From Candidatus Woesearchaeota archaeon (GTDB lineage Archaea; Nanobdellota; Nanobdellia; Pacearchaeales; GW2011-AR1): a stretch of DNA of 64,000 nt. The position numbers were made by a program, and so were the translations under genes. This document shows, one piece after another, positions 9,971 to 19,809 of this stretch. Numbering within the stretch: the first letter of the stretch is position 1; the number at the start of each line of letters is the position of its first letter. The notes under the pieces were generated by a model, which saw nothing but the letters and a program-made list of their open reading frames with translations, ran no database searches and had not been told where the DNA came from. The DNA is taken from NCBI GenBank assembly GCA_964467035.1, contig CAYXNX010000001.1, positions 51,373 through 115,372 on the forward strand. The letters are read 5' to 3'.

Positions 9971-11431
9971 TTAACGCTCTTTTTGTTTTAGTTTATTTAA
10001 TTTATTGAATCCCTCCAATAATTCTTTTATTTCTTTCTGAGCCTCTTCAATGATGGCTTTGCTTTCTCTATAATTAACTTCTTTCTCTTTCTCTTTCCGA
10101 TATCTATTAATTGATAAATCCCATCCTTTTTCTTTTATTTCTTCAAAAGGAACAAAGAAATGTTTTTCAAATCTGTCCTCGTTGCATTCATTGAATCTTT
10201 TTTTAAATCTCTCTAAAACATCAGGAATATCATTCTTTTCTATAGGATTTCTTTTATCATCTAAACTAAATCCATCATTTTCCATTTTGTAAAACCAAAC
10301 TTTTTCTGTAGGTTCTCCTTTTGTGAAGAATAAAACTGCAGTTGAAACTCCTGCATATGGCTTAAATACTCCCGAAGGCATAGATATAACTGCATCTAAT
10401 CGACACTCTTCTAATAACAGCTTTTTAACTGACTTATGAGCATTAGAATTACCAAATAAAACGCCTTCTGGAACAATTACAGCACATCTTCCACCAATAT
10501 TCAGAGAATTATACATAAGCTGTAAAAAAAGCAACTCTGTTTTGCTTGTGCTTATTGTTAAATCATCAGATTTCTCGCTTTGATTTATAGATCCCTTAAA
10601 TGGAGGATTTGCTAAAATTAAATCATAAATTCCTTTTTCATCATATCTTTTTGATAGAGTATCTTCTCCAATTATATTTGGATTAGTAATTCCGTGCATC
10701 ATTAAATTCATAACTGCAATTCTAACCATTGTTCTATCAATATCATAACCATAAAGGGATTCTTCATCCAATATTTTCTTTTTCTGATAAGTTAAGGTGC
10801 TAATACCATTTTTTTTATTTGTTTTTAATATGTGTTCATAAGCATTGACTAAAAATCCAGCAGTTCCACAGGCAGGATCTAAAATTCTATCACCAAATTC
10901 TGGTTTTGAGAGTTCAACCATCATCTTAATTATGTGTCTTGGAGTTCTAAATTGTCCATTCTTACCAGCAGTTGTTAATTCAGACAAAAGATATTCATAA
11001 ATATCTCCTTGTGTATCTTGGTTTTGTTCTTTTATATGTAAATCGTTGATAATATTAACTGCCTCAATTAAAAGCGAAGCAGTTGGTAATGAAAATGTAG
11101 CATCTTTCATATAATTATTATAATGTGAATTATTTCCTCCAAGGGTTCTCATAAAAAGAAATACTCTATCTCGAACATGAGGCAATATTTTGTCAGCAGG
11201 GTATTCACTCCAAACAGACCACTTACAATCTTCATTTCCCTCAAAAATAGATTTGTGTTTAATTCCCTTTAATCTTGCGTTTTGCTCTTCCCAAATGTCT
11301 CTGTCTTCAAGCTTTTTCATAAAAATTAAGTAGGATATTTGCTCAATTGCCTGAAGAGGATTACTAATTCCTCCGCTCCAAAATTTATCCCATAATTTTC
11401 TTATTTTTGATTTAAGTTCTGTGTGTAACAT
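9971..11431 (-). CDS. hsdM: type I restriction-modification system methyltransferase subunit
   Basis: N6-adenine MTase motifs DPACGTAGFL and NPPF. Confidence 0.9.
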   Translation of the reverse strand: MLHTELKSKIRKLWDKFWSGGISNPLQAIEQISYLIFMKKLEDRDIWEEQNARLKGIKHKSIFEGNEDCKWSVWSEYPADKILPHVRDRVFLFMRTLGGNNSHYNNYMKDATFSLPTASLLIEAVNIINDLHIKEQNQDTQGDIYEYLLSELTTAGKNGQFRTPRHIIKMMVELSKPEFGDRILDPACGTAGFLVNAYEHILKTNKKNGISTLTYQKKKILDEESLYGYDIDRTMVRIAVMNLMMHGITNPNIIGEDTLSKRYDEKGIYDLILANPPFKGSINQSEKSDDLTISTSKTELLFLQLMYNSLNIGGRCAVIVPEGVLFGNSNAHKSVKKLLLEECRLDAVISMPSGVFKPYAGVSTAVLFFTKGEPTEKVWFYKMENDGFSLDDKRNPIEKNDIPDVLERFKKRFNECNEDRFEKHFFVPFEEIKEKGWDLSINRYRKEKEKEVNYRESKAIIEEAQKEIKELLEGFNKLNKLKQKER

Positions 11432-11433
11432 GT

Positions 11434-12591
11434 TTATTGTGTTTCCTCTTTGTTTAAATCAGAGAGTGGAACCTTAAATACCTTTATAATACTTTTACAT
11501 TCATCTATGAGTTGTTGATAATTTTTTACTTGGATATTATGTAAATATTGGTTAAAAAGTTCAATAAAATCTTGCGGTTCTTTTCCGACTATTACCAAAC
11601 CAAACTGAATTCTATTACCTTCTTTTTTAGATTCCATGTAATGTATTAATTGAGAGATTGCTCTCCCAACTTGTGCTCCTATTGCATCTCTTTTTCTTTG
11701 TTTTACAATTGTTTTTGAAGAAGGAAGTTTCAACTCTATAAATATGTCCTTTCCTCTTTGAGATTTAAAACGGGAAACCCAAAGATCAATGTACCCTTTC
11801 TTATCTTTTCCAAATTTAACTTCAACCTCTTTTTCTAAATTAAATTGGCTAATATTTTGATATTTAAAATCAATAATCCAAATATTATTTTTAAGTTCAT
11901 CTCTTAATTCATCTTCAGAAATCTTCGGATTATTAACTTTTTCTTCAAATTCTTTTAATTTTTCTTCATAATAGGGAATATTCGTATGCAATTGGTTATG
12001 ATAATAATTCATAAACCCTGTAAATATTCTTGATGCTGTTTGTGGATCATTTTGTGGCAAATTCTCCATTATATCGTCAGGAGAAATATATTTTTTATTT
12101 TCTTTTTTAGTGTGTTTTAAATCTATCCAATCATTTATTATGTCTTCTTCTTCAGATGTGAGATCCTTAACAAGAAATAATCTTATTCGTTTATATTTAT
12201 CTGAAAAAGTTTGGATAAATTTCCTAAATCTTAATATATTAACTATTAAAATTTTTTTCCCATTTGAGAGAGTTTTATATTTAAAATTCCTGCTTATAGT
12301 TCGTGATACAATTAAATAATCAATTTCTTCTGAAACTAAATCAAATAAAGGAGTATGTGGGCCAATAATACTTGGGCCTGCTTTATTGGGCGTAAAATCG
12401 CATAAGACACTTCCAAAAGTTGTTTTACTTGTCCAATAAGGCTTAACAAAAATATTTAATTCATTTGCTATCATTCTGATAGTGGATTTAAGATATTTCT
12501 CACATCTTTGTTTAATATATTTGAGTGCAGTGGTATTGGAATACATCTTTTCAAGATCTCCTTTACGTATCCTTTGAAAATAATAACCCAT
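11434..12591 (-). CDS. uncharacterised protein with C-terminal PD-(D/E)xK nuclease-like motif (Shedu/DUF4263-like?) between hsdM and hsdS
   Basis: GYIDLWVSRFKSQRGKDIFIELKLPSSK then QVGRAISQLIHYM; position typical of defence insertions. Confidence 0.3.
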   Translation of the reverse strand: MGYYFQRIRKGDLEKMYSNTTALKYIKQRCEKYLKSTIRMIANELNIFVKPYWTSKTTFGSVLCDFTPNKAGPSIIGPHTPLFDLVSEEIDYLIVSRTISRNFKYKTLSNGKKILIVNILRFRKFIQTFSDKYKRIRLFLVKDLTSEEEDIINDWIDLKHTKKENKKYISPDDIMENLPQNDPQTASRIFTGFMNYYHNQLHTNIPYYEEKLKEFEEKVNNPKISEDELRDELKNNIWIIDFKYQNISQFNLEKEVEVKFGKDKKGYIDLWVSRFKSQRGKDIFIELKLPSSKTIVKQRKRDAIGAQVGRAISQLIHYMESKKEGNRIQFGLVIVGKEPQDFIELFNQYLHNIQVKNYQQLIDECKSIIKVFKVPLSDLNKEETQ

Positions 12592-12592
12592 C

Positions 12593-13717
12593 TTACAATT
12601 CCCCCCTAAATGCTTTACTAATAAGAGAATTAAATAATTCTTCAGAATTTTGTTTAGTTTTGTTTATTTGTTCTTTCATTTTTTCAACTTGTTTAACAAT
12701 AAAGGCAAATTTTTGTTGGAGAGGAAGGGGGGCATCTATAAAATTAATTCTGTAAACATCATTCCTGTTTAAGCCAGGTATTGCCGTAGAACTATTTAGT
12801 TTTAAGTTATAAAATTTTAATAAATAATACAAATATGCAAGGTCCATTTTCTTTAAGGGTTTTACATAATAAGTTGTATCAATAGCCCAAAAATTTTCTT
12901 TAGAATAATTAACCTCTCCTATTGACCCCTTTCTTCCTATGATTATTCCAGGACCTTCAATTAAAAATTTTGAATGTTTTCCCACAATTCCGTTAGACCC
13001 ATAAACAGGATATTTTCCCCCATCTCTTTGTTTTTCAGATAAACCTTTTCCATATGTTAATTCAAATAATTCTTTTCCTGTTTTTTCTTCAAACTCCTTA
13101 TTATAAAACATTTCATAAAAAACACTTTTCAAATATTCATCAAGTAATTCCTCTGCTTTTTCGCTTTTGTTAGTTAATTCCTCTGCTTTTTCTAAAAGTT
13201 TGACAATTCTTTCTTGTTCTTGCAAGTCTGGTTTGCCGTTGGAGAAAGGAATAGGTATTTTTATTGATTCAAATCTCCCTTTAGTTATGTGTTTCATAGT
13301 TGAGCCATGACTTTCTTTTAAGAAAAGATGAATAGTTTTTTTAACAAAATAATAAAGATATTTTTTATAAATAGATTCTTTTTTTGGAACAACCTTAAAG
13401 ATATGCTGATTTAACCAACCCTCTTCTTTATCCCATAAAAACGCATCTAATGTTGCAGACCATGAAATTAACAAGTCGCCTTTCTTAACAAGATATTTTT
13501 TATCAAAAGTTTTAGTTGTATAATTTGGATTAGTGATTGATCCAGTTAAATCCTGAATTCTAATTATTAATTTTCCTTTTGATTCCCATTCAAAAGGTTT
13601 GAATGCCCTACCATTTACAAATTGAGCTACATCTTTAAGTTCCAGTTCTTTCCATTCAGTTTTATTTTTTTGTATTTGTTGTTTCATTTTCTTTTTTCTT
13701 TTTCTGTTGAAATTCAT
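12593..13717 (-). CDS. hsdS: type I restriction-modification specificity subunit
   Basis: LKDVAQFVNGRAFKP target-recognition domain opening; coiled-coil spacer; two TRD halves. Confidence 0.8.
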   Translation of the reverse strand: MNFNRKRKKKMKQQIQKNKTEWKELELKDVAQFVNGRAFKPFEWESKGKLIIRIQDLTGSITNPNYTTKTFDKKYLVKKGDLLISWSATLDAFLWDKEEGWLNQHIFKVVPKKESIYKKYLYYFVKKTIHLFLKESHGSTMKHITKGRFESIKIPIPFSNGKPDLQEQERIVKLLEKAEELTNKSEKAEELLDEYLKSVFYEMFYNKEFEEKTGKELFELTYGKGLSEKQRDGGKYPVYGSNGIVGKHSKFLIEGPGIIIGRKGSIGEVNYSKENFWAIDTTYYVKPLKKMDLAYLYYLLKFYNLKLNSSTAIPGLNRNDVYRINFIDAPLPLQQKFAFIVKQVEKMKEQINKTKQNSEELFNSLISKAFRGEL

Positions 13718-14852
13718 AATTTCTTGTAGTTATATTTTCTATTATTTTAACAAGTTCAATGATTAACCTTTTCGCTCTTTCTTTGTCTATGTCGGTTTTT
13801 ACAATACTTCTTAATGCAGGAAGTTTTTCTGCAGTTGTGTAAGTGGGCTTAGGTTTTTCTTTTCCAGTTAAATCTACCAAATAAACAGGAACAACTACTT
13901 CAGAAATTATTTTGTGCCAATTAGAATGAATATAATTATTTCTTATAAATTCTCTTAATTGGTGTAAATACTTTTTTTCCTCTCCAGAAATATATTTCTC
14001 TACACAACAATCATTAATTAAATCAGACAATTCTCCTTCATAATGATTTCTTTTTTTATAATACCATATTTCTTTTAAAAAAGATTCAATAAAAATAGAT
14101 AACATACAAACAGAGGCATTAAAATTTCCAAACCAATAATTACTTATAGTTTCATAGTATAATGATTTATTTTCTGGTTCAAGATGAATTTTAGTTTCTA
14201 ATAGAGGTAATTCTCTAATTCTCTCTAAAATTTCTTCTTTTTTATTAAGAAAAGATTTGTAAATTTCCTCAGCCTCCTCCTTTTTTAAAAAATATTCTTC
14301 ATTCTTTATTTTTCTTTTGTTGAAATGTTCAGACCTATCCATTAGTTCATTTAATTCGTTAATTGCTTCGTCTATATGTTTTATAGCATCCGAATCTTCT
14401 TCATATCCTTCCTTTAACATTTTTTCTTTTTTGTACAAAAATCTATCTCTTTGAAAAATAAGATTTGTGTATGAAACAAATTTAGAAGGGTTTTCTACTG
14501 CATCTAAATTAAAATTATTTTCTAAATCTTGGAAATACTTAGCAAATTTGTAAATATTATTATTCTCATCTTTAAACGATTGAAATAATCTTGAATTGCC
14601 TCTATGTTCCGAAAACTCCTTACGGCTAATAATTTTTTTGTCATATAAAAAATCCAATAATGTTTGAATATCGCATTCATTTTTTATTTCTCTTGCGAGA
14701 TAATGATAGAGATTACTTTTATTATTAACAAAAAGTTTATCAAAACTCCCTTTTATTTCTTTTTTTAAATCTTCAAACTCTTTTTTAAGTTTTTCAAATT
14801 GAAATGTTATTTTTTCTGGTTCTGAAAATTTATCTTTATTCTTCTTGTCCAT
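13662..14852 (-). CDS. uncharacterised 396-aa protein with HEPN-like Rx4H motif (Abi-like) between hsdS and hsdR
   Basis: C-terminal FIRNNYIHSNWH; helical Lys/Glu-rich N-terminus. Confidence 0.3.
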   Translation of the reverse strand: MDKKNKDKFSEPEKITFQFEKLKKEFEDLKKEIKGSFDKLFVNNKSNLYHYLAREIKNECDIQTLLDFLYDKKIISRKEFSEHRGNSRLFQSFKDENNNIYKFAKYFQDLENNFNLDAVENPSKFVSYTNLIFQRDRFLYKKEKMLKEGYEEDSDAIKHIDEAINELNELMDRSEHFNKRKIKNEEYFLKKEEAEEIYKSFLNKKEEILERIRELPLLETKIHLEPENKSLYYETISNYWFGNFNASVCMLSIFIESFLKEIWYYKKRNHYEGELSDLINDCCVEKYISGEEKKYLHQLREFIRNNYIHSNWHKIISEVVVPVYLVDLTGKEKPKPTYTTAEKLPALRSIVKTDIDKERAKRLIIELVKIIENITTRNYEFQQKKKKENETTNTKK

Positions 14853-14853
14853 T

Positions 14854-15081
14854 TTAATTCTCTTTTCCTAAATTCAATATTTTAAATAAAATTCCGTATA
14901 TTCCTGAAATTTCTGCTATAAAAAAACACAGGATAAGCAAAGGATGTAACCAGCCATAGCCAGAAAGGGTTGGTATACCTTCTAAAGACTCTCTCAAAAT
15001 TTGAGTAAAAGAAAATGATAGATTTATTATTAATGCTAATATGCTACTTATTAAAATTTCAATTTGCGTTTTTTGTTCCAT
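14854..15081 (-). CDS. small two-TM membrane protein
   Basis: 75 aa, two hydrophobic helices; overlaps neighbours by 1-4 nt. Confidence 0.4.
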   Translation of the reverse strand: MEQKTQIEILISSILALIINLSFSFTQILRESLEGIPTLSGYGWLHPLLILCFFIAEISGIYGILFKILNLGKEN

Positions 15082-15716
15082 TATTGTGGTCTCCCATGAA
15101 TTTTTTCTTTAACTACTTCATCAAAAAATTTATCCACTCCAAAAGTTGATATCTTTTTATTTGTAATGAATGCTTTTGTTGAATCTTTAGAAATATAATC
15201 TACTAATGATTTTCCTGTATTATGAGTACAATGCAACAAAGCAATAAAATCTTTCTTTGGAGATTTTTCAAATTCGCAGTAATAAGCCATTTCTTTATTA
15301 TTCAACTTTATCCCGTGTCTATTTCCATGACCAATTAAATATATTACCCTTGCTTTAGGATTATTAATTATTTTTTTAAGATTTGCTCTATCAGTATTAA
15401 AATATATCTTATATGCCCAATTTTTCTTCCTAAAAAATTTAACTAATTTTTTCAAATTTTGTCTATAAATTAGTAATTTTTCAGGCATGTAATCATTACA
15501 TAAGATTATTGCAATATGATTTTTATTAGAATTTAATTCAAAATTTTTATGTAAATAATACCATTGTGGTAAGATGAATATAGAAAATGCAGGAACAAAT
15601 AAATAATTAATAATAAAAGTTCCAATTTTAAGATAAAGCCATGCAATCCCCATGTAAATAAAAAAGGCTAAAACAATTAAATGCAAATTAGTCAAAATCC
15701 AAGATAGCAAACTCAT
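15081..15716 (-). CDS. membrane-anchored minimal caspase-like (clan CD, His/Cys dyad) protein
   Basis: two N-terminal TM helices; IAIILCNDY strand, IYLIGHGNRHG (His motif), ALLHCTHNTG (DxCHSG-like Cys motif). Confidence 0.3.
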   Translation of the reverse strand: MSLLSWILTNLHLIVLAFFIYMGIAWLYLKIGTFIINYLFVPAFSIFILPQWYYLHKNFELNSNKNHIAIILCNDYMPEKLLIYRQNLKKLVKFFRKKNWAYKIYFNTDRANLKKIINNPKARVIYLIGHGNRHGIKLNNKEMAYYCEFEKSPKKDFIALLHCTHNTGKSLVDYISKDSTKAFITNKKISTFGVDKFFDEVVKEKIHGRPQ

Positions 15717-15886
15717 TCTTCATCCTCCAAATCAATCTCTTTTCTTACCATTTCTCTCAGTTTCTCATTTATAGACTTCTCCTCTTTTTCACAGAGTTTT
15801 TTTAACAGAAGAAATTCACTTTTATACAATCTTGTAGAAACAATCTTCCTCTCTTCCCCGCTTAAAGGATTATCTTTTATTACCAT
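15713..15886 (-). CDS. ribbon-helix-helix (CopG/Arc-like) protein, 57 aa
   Basis: MVIKDNPLSGEERKIVSTRLYKSEFLLLKKLCEKEEKSINEKLREMVRKEIDLEDEE; ATGA overlap with caspase-like gene; not in ORF track. Confidence 0.45.
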   Translation of the reverse strand: MVIKDNPLSGEERKIVSTRLYKSEFLLLKKLCEKEEKSINEKLREMVRKEIDLEDEE

Positions 15887-15947
15887 TAAAGATGTCAGAT
15901 AATTAGAGTATTTAAATCTTTTCTAAAAACCTGTATACACCTTTTGA

Positions 15948-16304
15948 CTAGTTATATTCCAAAATTTCTTTCTTTGGCTCCTTATGTCCAAGGCTAAGAG
16001 TTAAAGGAATTGATATATTTGCTTCTTTTCCTGCTTTTTTGAAAGTAACTATCAATAACACATAAACATGGTTTGTTTTATAATTAATTGACATTTTAAT
16101 GCTTTTAATTGATTTTAAAGTGTTCTTGTCTATGCCTAAATTTTCACTTGCATCCATTATCTCAATACCACATATAAAGTTATTGCGGTTTACGTCAAGA
16201 ACAAAATCCCCAATATCTATGGATACCCTTGCCTTTTCCCCATTATTTATAAAGAATATATCATTCTCAAAATCATAATCTATTGTTTTAATCTCTCTTG
16301 CCAT
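15948..16304 (-). CDS. DUF2283-family protein (antitoxin-like partner of DUF4258)
   Basis: YDFENDIFFINNGEKARVSIDIGDFVLDVNRNNFICGIEIMDASENLG. Confidence 0.5.
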   Translation of the reverse strand: MAREIKTIDYDFENDIFFINNGEKARVSIDIGDFVLDVNRNNFICGIEIMDASENLGIDKNTLKSIKSIKMSINYKTNHVYVLLIVTFKKAGKEANISIPLTLSLGHKEPKKEILEYN

Positions 16305-16588
16305 TTTCTATCACTATTCCAAGCACTTATAACTTTTAAATCTTTTGAAACAACGATTTCAATTATCAATACTAAAGAGTATTTTCTACTCATTTTAAAC
16401 CAAAGTTTAAATCTATCTTCTGTTTTTCCTTTTTCAATCTTTTCCAATTTATTTATTTGTGATAAAAAACTTCTCACCATGCTTTCGCTTATAGGTCTTT
16501 CACCCATTTTTTTGTAAAAATGAGGGTCAAAACTTACATTGTTTTGATTAAGATTTTCAAGGAATTTTTTAACTTCTTTCATTTCCAT
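16280..16588 (-). CDS. DUF4258-family protein (toxin-like)
   Basis: FDPHFYKKMGERPISESMVRSFL resembles DUF4258 H..ER..R.I motif; overlaps DUF2283 gene. Confidence 0.45.
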   Translation of the reverse strand: MEMKEVKKFLENLNQNNVSFDPHFYKKMGERPISESMVRSFLSQINKLEKIEKGKTEDRFKLWFKMSRKYSLVLIIEIVVSKDLKVISAWNSDRKWQERLKQ

Positions 16589-19329
16589 TTTAACCCATTA
16601 CATTTTTGAACTATTTTTTCAAGCTGTTTTTTAGTGAAAGAATCCAGAGGTCTTGCATCTGCAAGAGGATGCTCAGCAAGATTTTTTAATTCAATATGCT
16701 TTGCTCTTACAAAAACTTGTTCTAATAATCTTAAAAATTTCAATTGCTGAGAATTATAATGTTCATTTTTATCCATAACAAATTTATCAAATTCCCATTT
16801 AATCATCTCTTGAGGATCTGGCAATCCCTTTATATCTAATAATTCTCTTAAAAAAGAAATAAAATCTTTAGTCTGTTGAATATTCTCAATAGTCAAAGAA
16901 GGATTTAATTCTCTAAGTTTCTTTTCTATTCGGATAATCTCTTTTGGTGTAACTCCCTCGCCATTTTTTATTTTTTGCATAAGAGGATCGCTGTTAATAA
17001 AATAACTAAAATCTTCATCTTCTTTAACCTGCATCATTTCTTTTTCAACTTTAACTACTATATCTGGAGCATCTATTTTTAACATTTTCTTTCTTTCTTT
17101 TTCATAAAAAATCATGAGAGGGGCAATATCTCTAACTAAAAAATCAACATCTTCAAAAGTAATCTCTTCCCAGAATTGTTCTTTTTGGATTCTAATCAGA
17201 TCATCTTTTTTCTGTCTTACAGCATCAAGATTCTTATCCCAAATCGCTTCTGCCCTTTCAACTACATACTCCTGAACTTTTGCTATTTTATCATTATTCT
17301 CTGTTTTGATATAATCAAACAATTTAACACATTGGGAAATAAAACTATACACTTTTGTGTTCTCAGAAGGAGAATAAATTAACAAAGGGGCTATCTCATC
17401 TTTCAATTCTTTTATATGTTCTTTTAAATCAAATTTAGATGAAATAACTTTTTTAATAATCCCTTTCTTTTCTACCACCATAGGAGATTCTATGTCTATT
17501 TTTTTAACAGTATCTTTTATTTGCTTTTCAAGTATTCTTTTCTCTTTTTCATTAAGATTTTTTTCTAGAGTATCAACTTGTTCTAAGAATATTCTTGTTT
17601 TTGCATCTAAAGTTGGGGTTTTATGATTTAAATCTTGTAATTTGTGAACAAGTATATTTGAGTAGTCTCCAAATTTAAAATCAAGAATTAAAAAATTGTC
17701 TTTTATGTGTTGACCTTCATTATTTGTCGGAAGCCATTCTTTGTTTTCACATGCTGAGAAATTTCTGGTTCCTCTACCCAACATCTGCCAAAATCGTATA
17801 GAAGACATAACAGGTTTCACGAAAACTAAATTCATTACTTCAGGAATATCCACTCCTGTATCTAAAACACCGACAGATAAAGCAATTCTTGGACTATCTC
17901 TTTTTCCAAATCTTTTAACTTCGTCCATATAGCGTGCCCTGTCTGAAGTAATTACTTTAATTTCTTTTGCTAATGTAGGATAAAGTTTCTGGAAAAGAGC
18001 TTCTATAGATTCAGCGTGTTTAATGCTCGCACAAAAGAAAATGCTTTTACAAGGTCTTTTATCATCTGATTTATAACACCTTTCCATAAACTCTCTAATT
18101 ATTAACTCATTTGTCCTTTTATCTGTAAATAATCTTTCAAATTTAGAACCTGGAGTTTGGAAGCGTTCAGGATCTTCTTCCTGGACTTTTAACTTTTGTT
18201 GCAATTCCTTACTTAATGTTTTACCCTCTATTCCTAAAGAAAGGATTTTTGTTTCAATAATCTCTGAAACATATGGTGCTAAAACGCCATCTCTCACTGC
18301 AGAAAGATAATCATACTTATATGTTGGTTTTTTATTTTCACAACCAAATAATTCATAAGTGTTCCTCGAATCTTCAAAAGAAGGCGTGGCAGTAAGACCA
18401 ATTTTTATAGCATCAAAATACTTAAAGATATCATTATTTTTATCATAATAAGATCTATGTGCTTCATCAAAGATTATTAAGTCAAATGCTCCAGGACCAA
18501 ATTTCTCATAAAATTTTCCTCTTGGTTTTTGAGGAGACATCAGTGTTTGAACTGTAGAAACATAAAATCTTGCACTATCTGAGAAACCCTCTATGTTTAA
18601 CTCACAAACTGGAGTTTCAGGAAAGAATTTTTTAAAGCCTTTTTCTTTTGCTTGATTAGATAAAGAAATTCTATCAACTACAAATAAAACTTTTTGAACA
18701 TTTTCTGTTTTTACTAAACAATCAATTAAAGCCATAGCAACCCTTGTTTTTCCTGTTCCAGTAGCCATATTAATAAGAGCCCTTTTATGGCCTTGAAAAA
18801 TATGCTCTAAAATTACCTTAACAGCTTCAACCGCCCTTTTCCTGTCAAGGATATCTGATCTAATCTTAGAATTAACAGGATTTTTTCTTTTTTTCATCAA
18901 ACTAACAATTCTATGCAAATCTTTTTGTGAAAAAGGTAATGTGATTTTTCTTCTCCTGTCTAAATCATCTACATAATACCAACTTGTTCCATTTGTGAGA
19001 AAAATAGGGATTTTTATTTTGATTTGCTTTTCAATATCATTTCTATAAGTTCTTGCTTGGATTTCTCCTTTTTCAACGCTAACAGATGTTTTTTTTGCTT
19101 CAATAATTGCCAAAGGTGTTCTATCCTCATCTAATAATAAATAATCTATAAATCTATCAATTCCTTTTTCTATCCCTAATCCAATACCAAAATATTCCTT
19201 AGTTTGAAAATTAGATTTAACAGGATTTATTTCTTCTTTTACATAATGTCCTTTAACTTTCCATCCTGCTCTTTCTAAAATAGGATCAATTAATTTTTTT
19301 CTTGTTTCTTTCTCAGATATTTTATCCAT
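16579..19329 (-). CDS. hsdR: type I restriction enzyme R subunit
   Basis: N-terminal nuclease domain, helicase motifs NMATGTGKT and DEAH, 916 aa. Confidence 0.9.
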   Translation of the reverse strand: MDKISEKETRKKLIDPILERAGWKVKGHYVKEEINPVKSNFQTKEYFGIGLGIEKGIDRFIDYLLLDEDRTPLAIIEAKKTSVSVEKGEIQARTYRNDIEKQIKIKIPIFLTNGTSWYYVDDLDRRRKITLPFSQKDLHRIVSLMKKRKNPVNSKIRSDILDRKRAVEAVKVILEHIFQGHKRALINMATGTGKTRVAMALIDCLVKTENVQKVLFVVDRISLSNQAKEKGFKKFFPETPVCELNIEGFSDSARFYVSTVQTLMSPQKPRGKFYEKFGPGAFDLIIFDEAHRSYYDKNNDIFKYFDAIKIGLTATPSFEDSRNTYELFGCENKKPTYKYDYLSAVRDGVLAPYVSEIIETKILSLGIEGKTLSKELQQKLKVQEEDPERFQTPGSKFERLFTDKRTNELIIREFMERCYKSDDKRPCKSIFFCASIKHAESIEALFQKLYPTLAKEIKVITSDRARYMDEVKRFGKRDSPRIALSVGVLDTGVDIPEVMNLVFVKPVMSSIRFWQMLGRGTRNFSACENKEWLPTNNEGQHIKDNFLILDFKFGDYSNILVHKLQDLNHKTPTLDAKTRIFLEQVDTLEKNLNEKEKRILEKQIKDTVKKIDIESPMVVEKKGIIKKVISSKFDLKEHIKELKDEIAPLLIYSPSENTKVYSFISQCVKLFDYIKTENNDKIAKVQEYVVERAEAIWDKNLDAVRQKKDDLIRIQKEQFWEEITFEDVDFLVRDIAPLMIFYEKERKKMLKIDAPDIVVKVEKEMMQVKEDEDFSYFINSDPLMQKIKNGEGVTPKEIIRIEKKLRELNPSLTIENIQQTKDFISFLRELLDIKGLPDPQEMIKWEFDKFVMDKNEHYNSQQLKFLRLLEQVFVRAKHIELKNLAEHPLADARPLDSFTKKQLEKIVQKCNGLKWK

Positions 19330-19370
19330 ATTATTTGAAGAGAATCATGATATAAAAACTTATTTCTAAT

Positions 19371-19736
19371 TTATTTTACCCTAAATGCAGACTCAAGAAT
19401 CATTTTCCCAGAATCAGATATAATATATAGCTTTCCTTTTTTAGATTTTGGATTCAAACACTTTTTTGTTTCAGCAGACCATTCTTTTTGTTCAATCTCT
19501 GCAACAACTCTTCTTAAATCTTCTTTTGTTGCTTTTTCAAAGGGCTTATTTAGAATTAAAGCAAAAGTTCGAATATCTAACATATATCTTCCAATTTTAG
19601 CGACGCCAATTCCTTCACTTAAAAGATAATCTCTGAATTTAATACACGATTGTTTATTCTTAGCAGAAATTTTGTTATTTGACTTAATAAGCTCAACATT
19701 TCTTTCAAGCTGTCTTTTGTAGTTATGTATATCCAT
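19371..19736 (-). pseudogene. tyrosine recombinase/integrase N-terminal (SAM-like core-binding) domain only; catalytic domain missing
   Basis: 121 aa with A-T--i--fr-yl-----s--ti--yl-d-r-F pattern; ORF stops 41 nt before hsdR start. Confidence 0.5.
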
Positions 19737-19791
19737 TACTCATTTAACGTCCCAAGGGAGTAATAAAGGACATTGATGAGCGTTATCAAAA

Positions 19792-19809
19792 TTTCAAAGC
19801 GCCCCGACC
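19792..19809. repeat. attR-like 18-bp direct repeat overlapping tRNA-Asp 3' end
   Basis: exact match to 9936..9953. Confidence 0.7.

Larger units (their letters stand above)
9954..19791. mobile_element. 9.8-kb integrated genomic island at tRNA-Asp (type I RM system plus accessory genes, truncated integrase)
   Basis: flanked by 18-bp direct repeats, one overlapping the 3' end of tRNA-Asp; integrase N-terminal fragment next to the tRNA; all genes co-oriented. Confidence 0.65.

Noticed and set aside
12110-12755. Plus-strand ORFs 12110..12319 and 12525..12755
   Set aside because: Antisense to the 385-aa gene and hsdS; hydrophobic junk typical of AT-rich antisense frames
19371-19736. SSV-type split integrase (int partitioned by integration into intN and intC)
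   Set aside because: The fragment reads away from the att site into the island and no C-terminal part is found at the other end; a simple 3' truncation fits better
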